Of a stretch of 64,000 nucleotides of DNA, positions 63,275-64,000 are shown piece by piece; within the stretch, counting starts at the first letter, position 1, and every line of letters starts with the position of its first letter. The notes under the pieces are model-generated. The model was not told where the DNA came from, made no database searches, and was given only the letters and a program-made list of their open reading frames with translations. Position numbers and translations under genes: made by a program. This DNA is from Clostridium sp. (GTDB lineage Bacteria; Bacillota; Clostridia; Clostridiales; Clostridiaceae). The stretch is taken from assembly GCF_029258205.1 (NCBI RefSeq), contig NZ_JARHZJ010000004.1:21494-85493 (forward strand), given 5' to 3'.

Positions 63275-64000
63275 TTATATGTATATATCAGAAAATTCAA
63301 TTTCAGCTTTTTCCTTTAAATTATAGTAATTGTTATTAAAGATATATTCTGTTCTTTCAGTTTCCTTAAATAAATCTACATCATAAAAATATAATTTAAA
63401 TCTATTACCATAGCCCTCATATATTTCTAACTTTAAATCTCCACCTTGCATTTTCATAAGAGATTTACTTATATAGAGTCCTAAACCACTTCCTTCTTGA
63501 GTTCTATTTAAAGCCTTATTACTCTTAGTAAATTTATCAAAAATGTATTTTTGCTCATCATAACTTATAGCAACCCCATCATTTTCTATCATTATTACAA
63601 GATCTTTTTCTTGAAAATATATTTTTATATATATATTTCCATTTTCTCTTCCATACTTAACTGAATTTGATAATAGATTTAATATTATTCTTTCTAAAAA
63701 CTCACTATCAATAGACATAAATATTTCTTCAAAATCTGGATCAAAAACAAAATTTATTTTTTTCTTATTTATATATTCTGCAGATGCATCCAATATATTT
63801 TCAACAACTTCAACTACATTAATAACCATAATATTTGTTTCTATCTGTCCTTCTGATATTTTATTAGCATCAATAAAATTATTTATGGTTCGTATAAGCC
63901 TTAAACAATTTTGTTTAATTACTAAGTTATTTCTTTCTACTGAATTAATATTTTGATTTGCTATATTTAAACTATTTAATTGAAGAGCAGAACTTATTAC
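63275..64000 (-). CDS. Sensor histidine kinase, 5'-truncated by the window edge
   Basis: HATPase_c motifs (NLLSNSVKY, GSGLGLYISK). My translation shows the frame stays open upstream of the track's Met through position 64000 (..RLIRTINNFIDANKISEGQIETNI..). Confidence 0.85.
   Translation of the reverse strand, partial: VISSALQLNSLNIANQNINSVERNNLVIKQNCLRLIRTINNFIDANKISEGQIETNIMVINVVEVVENILDASAEYINKKKINFVFDPDFEEIFMSIDSEFLERIILNLLSNSVKYGRENGNIYIKIYFQEKDLVIMIENDGVAISYDEQKYIFDKFTKSNKALNRTQEGSGLGLYISKSLMKMQGGDLKLEIYEGYGNRFKLYFYDVDLFKETERTEYIFNNNYYNLKEKAEIEFSDIYI

Overview
AT-rich Firmicutes chromosomal segment. Gene content and order are typical of Clostridium sensu stricto, and the proteins look C. 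perfringens-like (from memory, not searched). It is almost entirely conserved housekeeping core.

Main blocks:
- valS with a T-box leader; recX; an OmpR/HK two-component pair; glyA.
- A long minus-strand block: hflX, yebC, ruvAB-queA-tgt-yajC, SCIFF peptide plus maturase, secDF, a RecJ-like gene, apt, relA, dtd, an MBL hydrolase, a HemZ-like radical SAM gene and hisS-aspS.
- Sporulation and cell-wall genes: yunB, a class A PBP, a DacF-like carboxypeptidase and a BofC-like protein.
- An alanine:cation symporter; an HTH-cupin regulator with potABCD; T-box-controlled asnA; lrgAB; topB; tspO; a histidine kinase cut by the window edge.

I found no rRNA, tRNA, CRISPR array, transposase, integrase or phage genes, and no obvious compositional island. 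I cannot point to a clear multi-gene novel system.

Most noteworthy observations:
1. A 46-aa six-cysteine SCIFF-type RiPP precursor that is missing from the ORF track, next to its radical SAM/SPASM maturase.
2. An HflX GTPase with a ~175-aa N-terminal extension carrying an exact RadC/JAMM-type HxHx7SxxD motif.
3. A short RecJ-like protein in the syntenic recJ slot in which the DHH catalytic motifs are substituted.
4. A family of related intergenic palindromic elements. Three copies are present and two of them bracket one SDR gene. One copy is expanded into a ~200-nt nested structure whose G-U wobbles favour a plus-strand RNA.
5. A 26-aa hydrophobic peptide ORF with a strong SD and a bidirectional terminator inside an 800-bp ORF-free gap, laid out like a type I toxin locus.

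All family assignments come from motifs read by eye. No database search was run.
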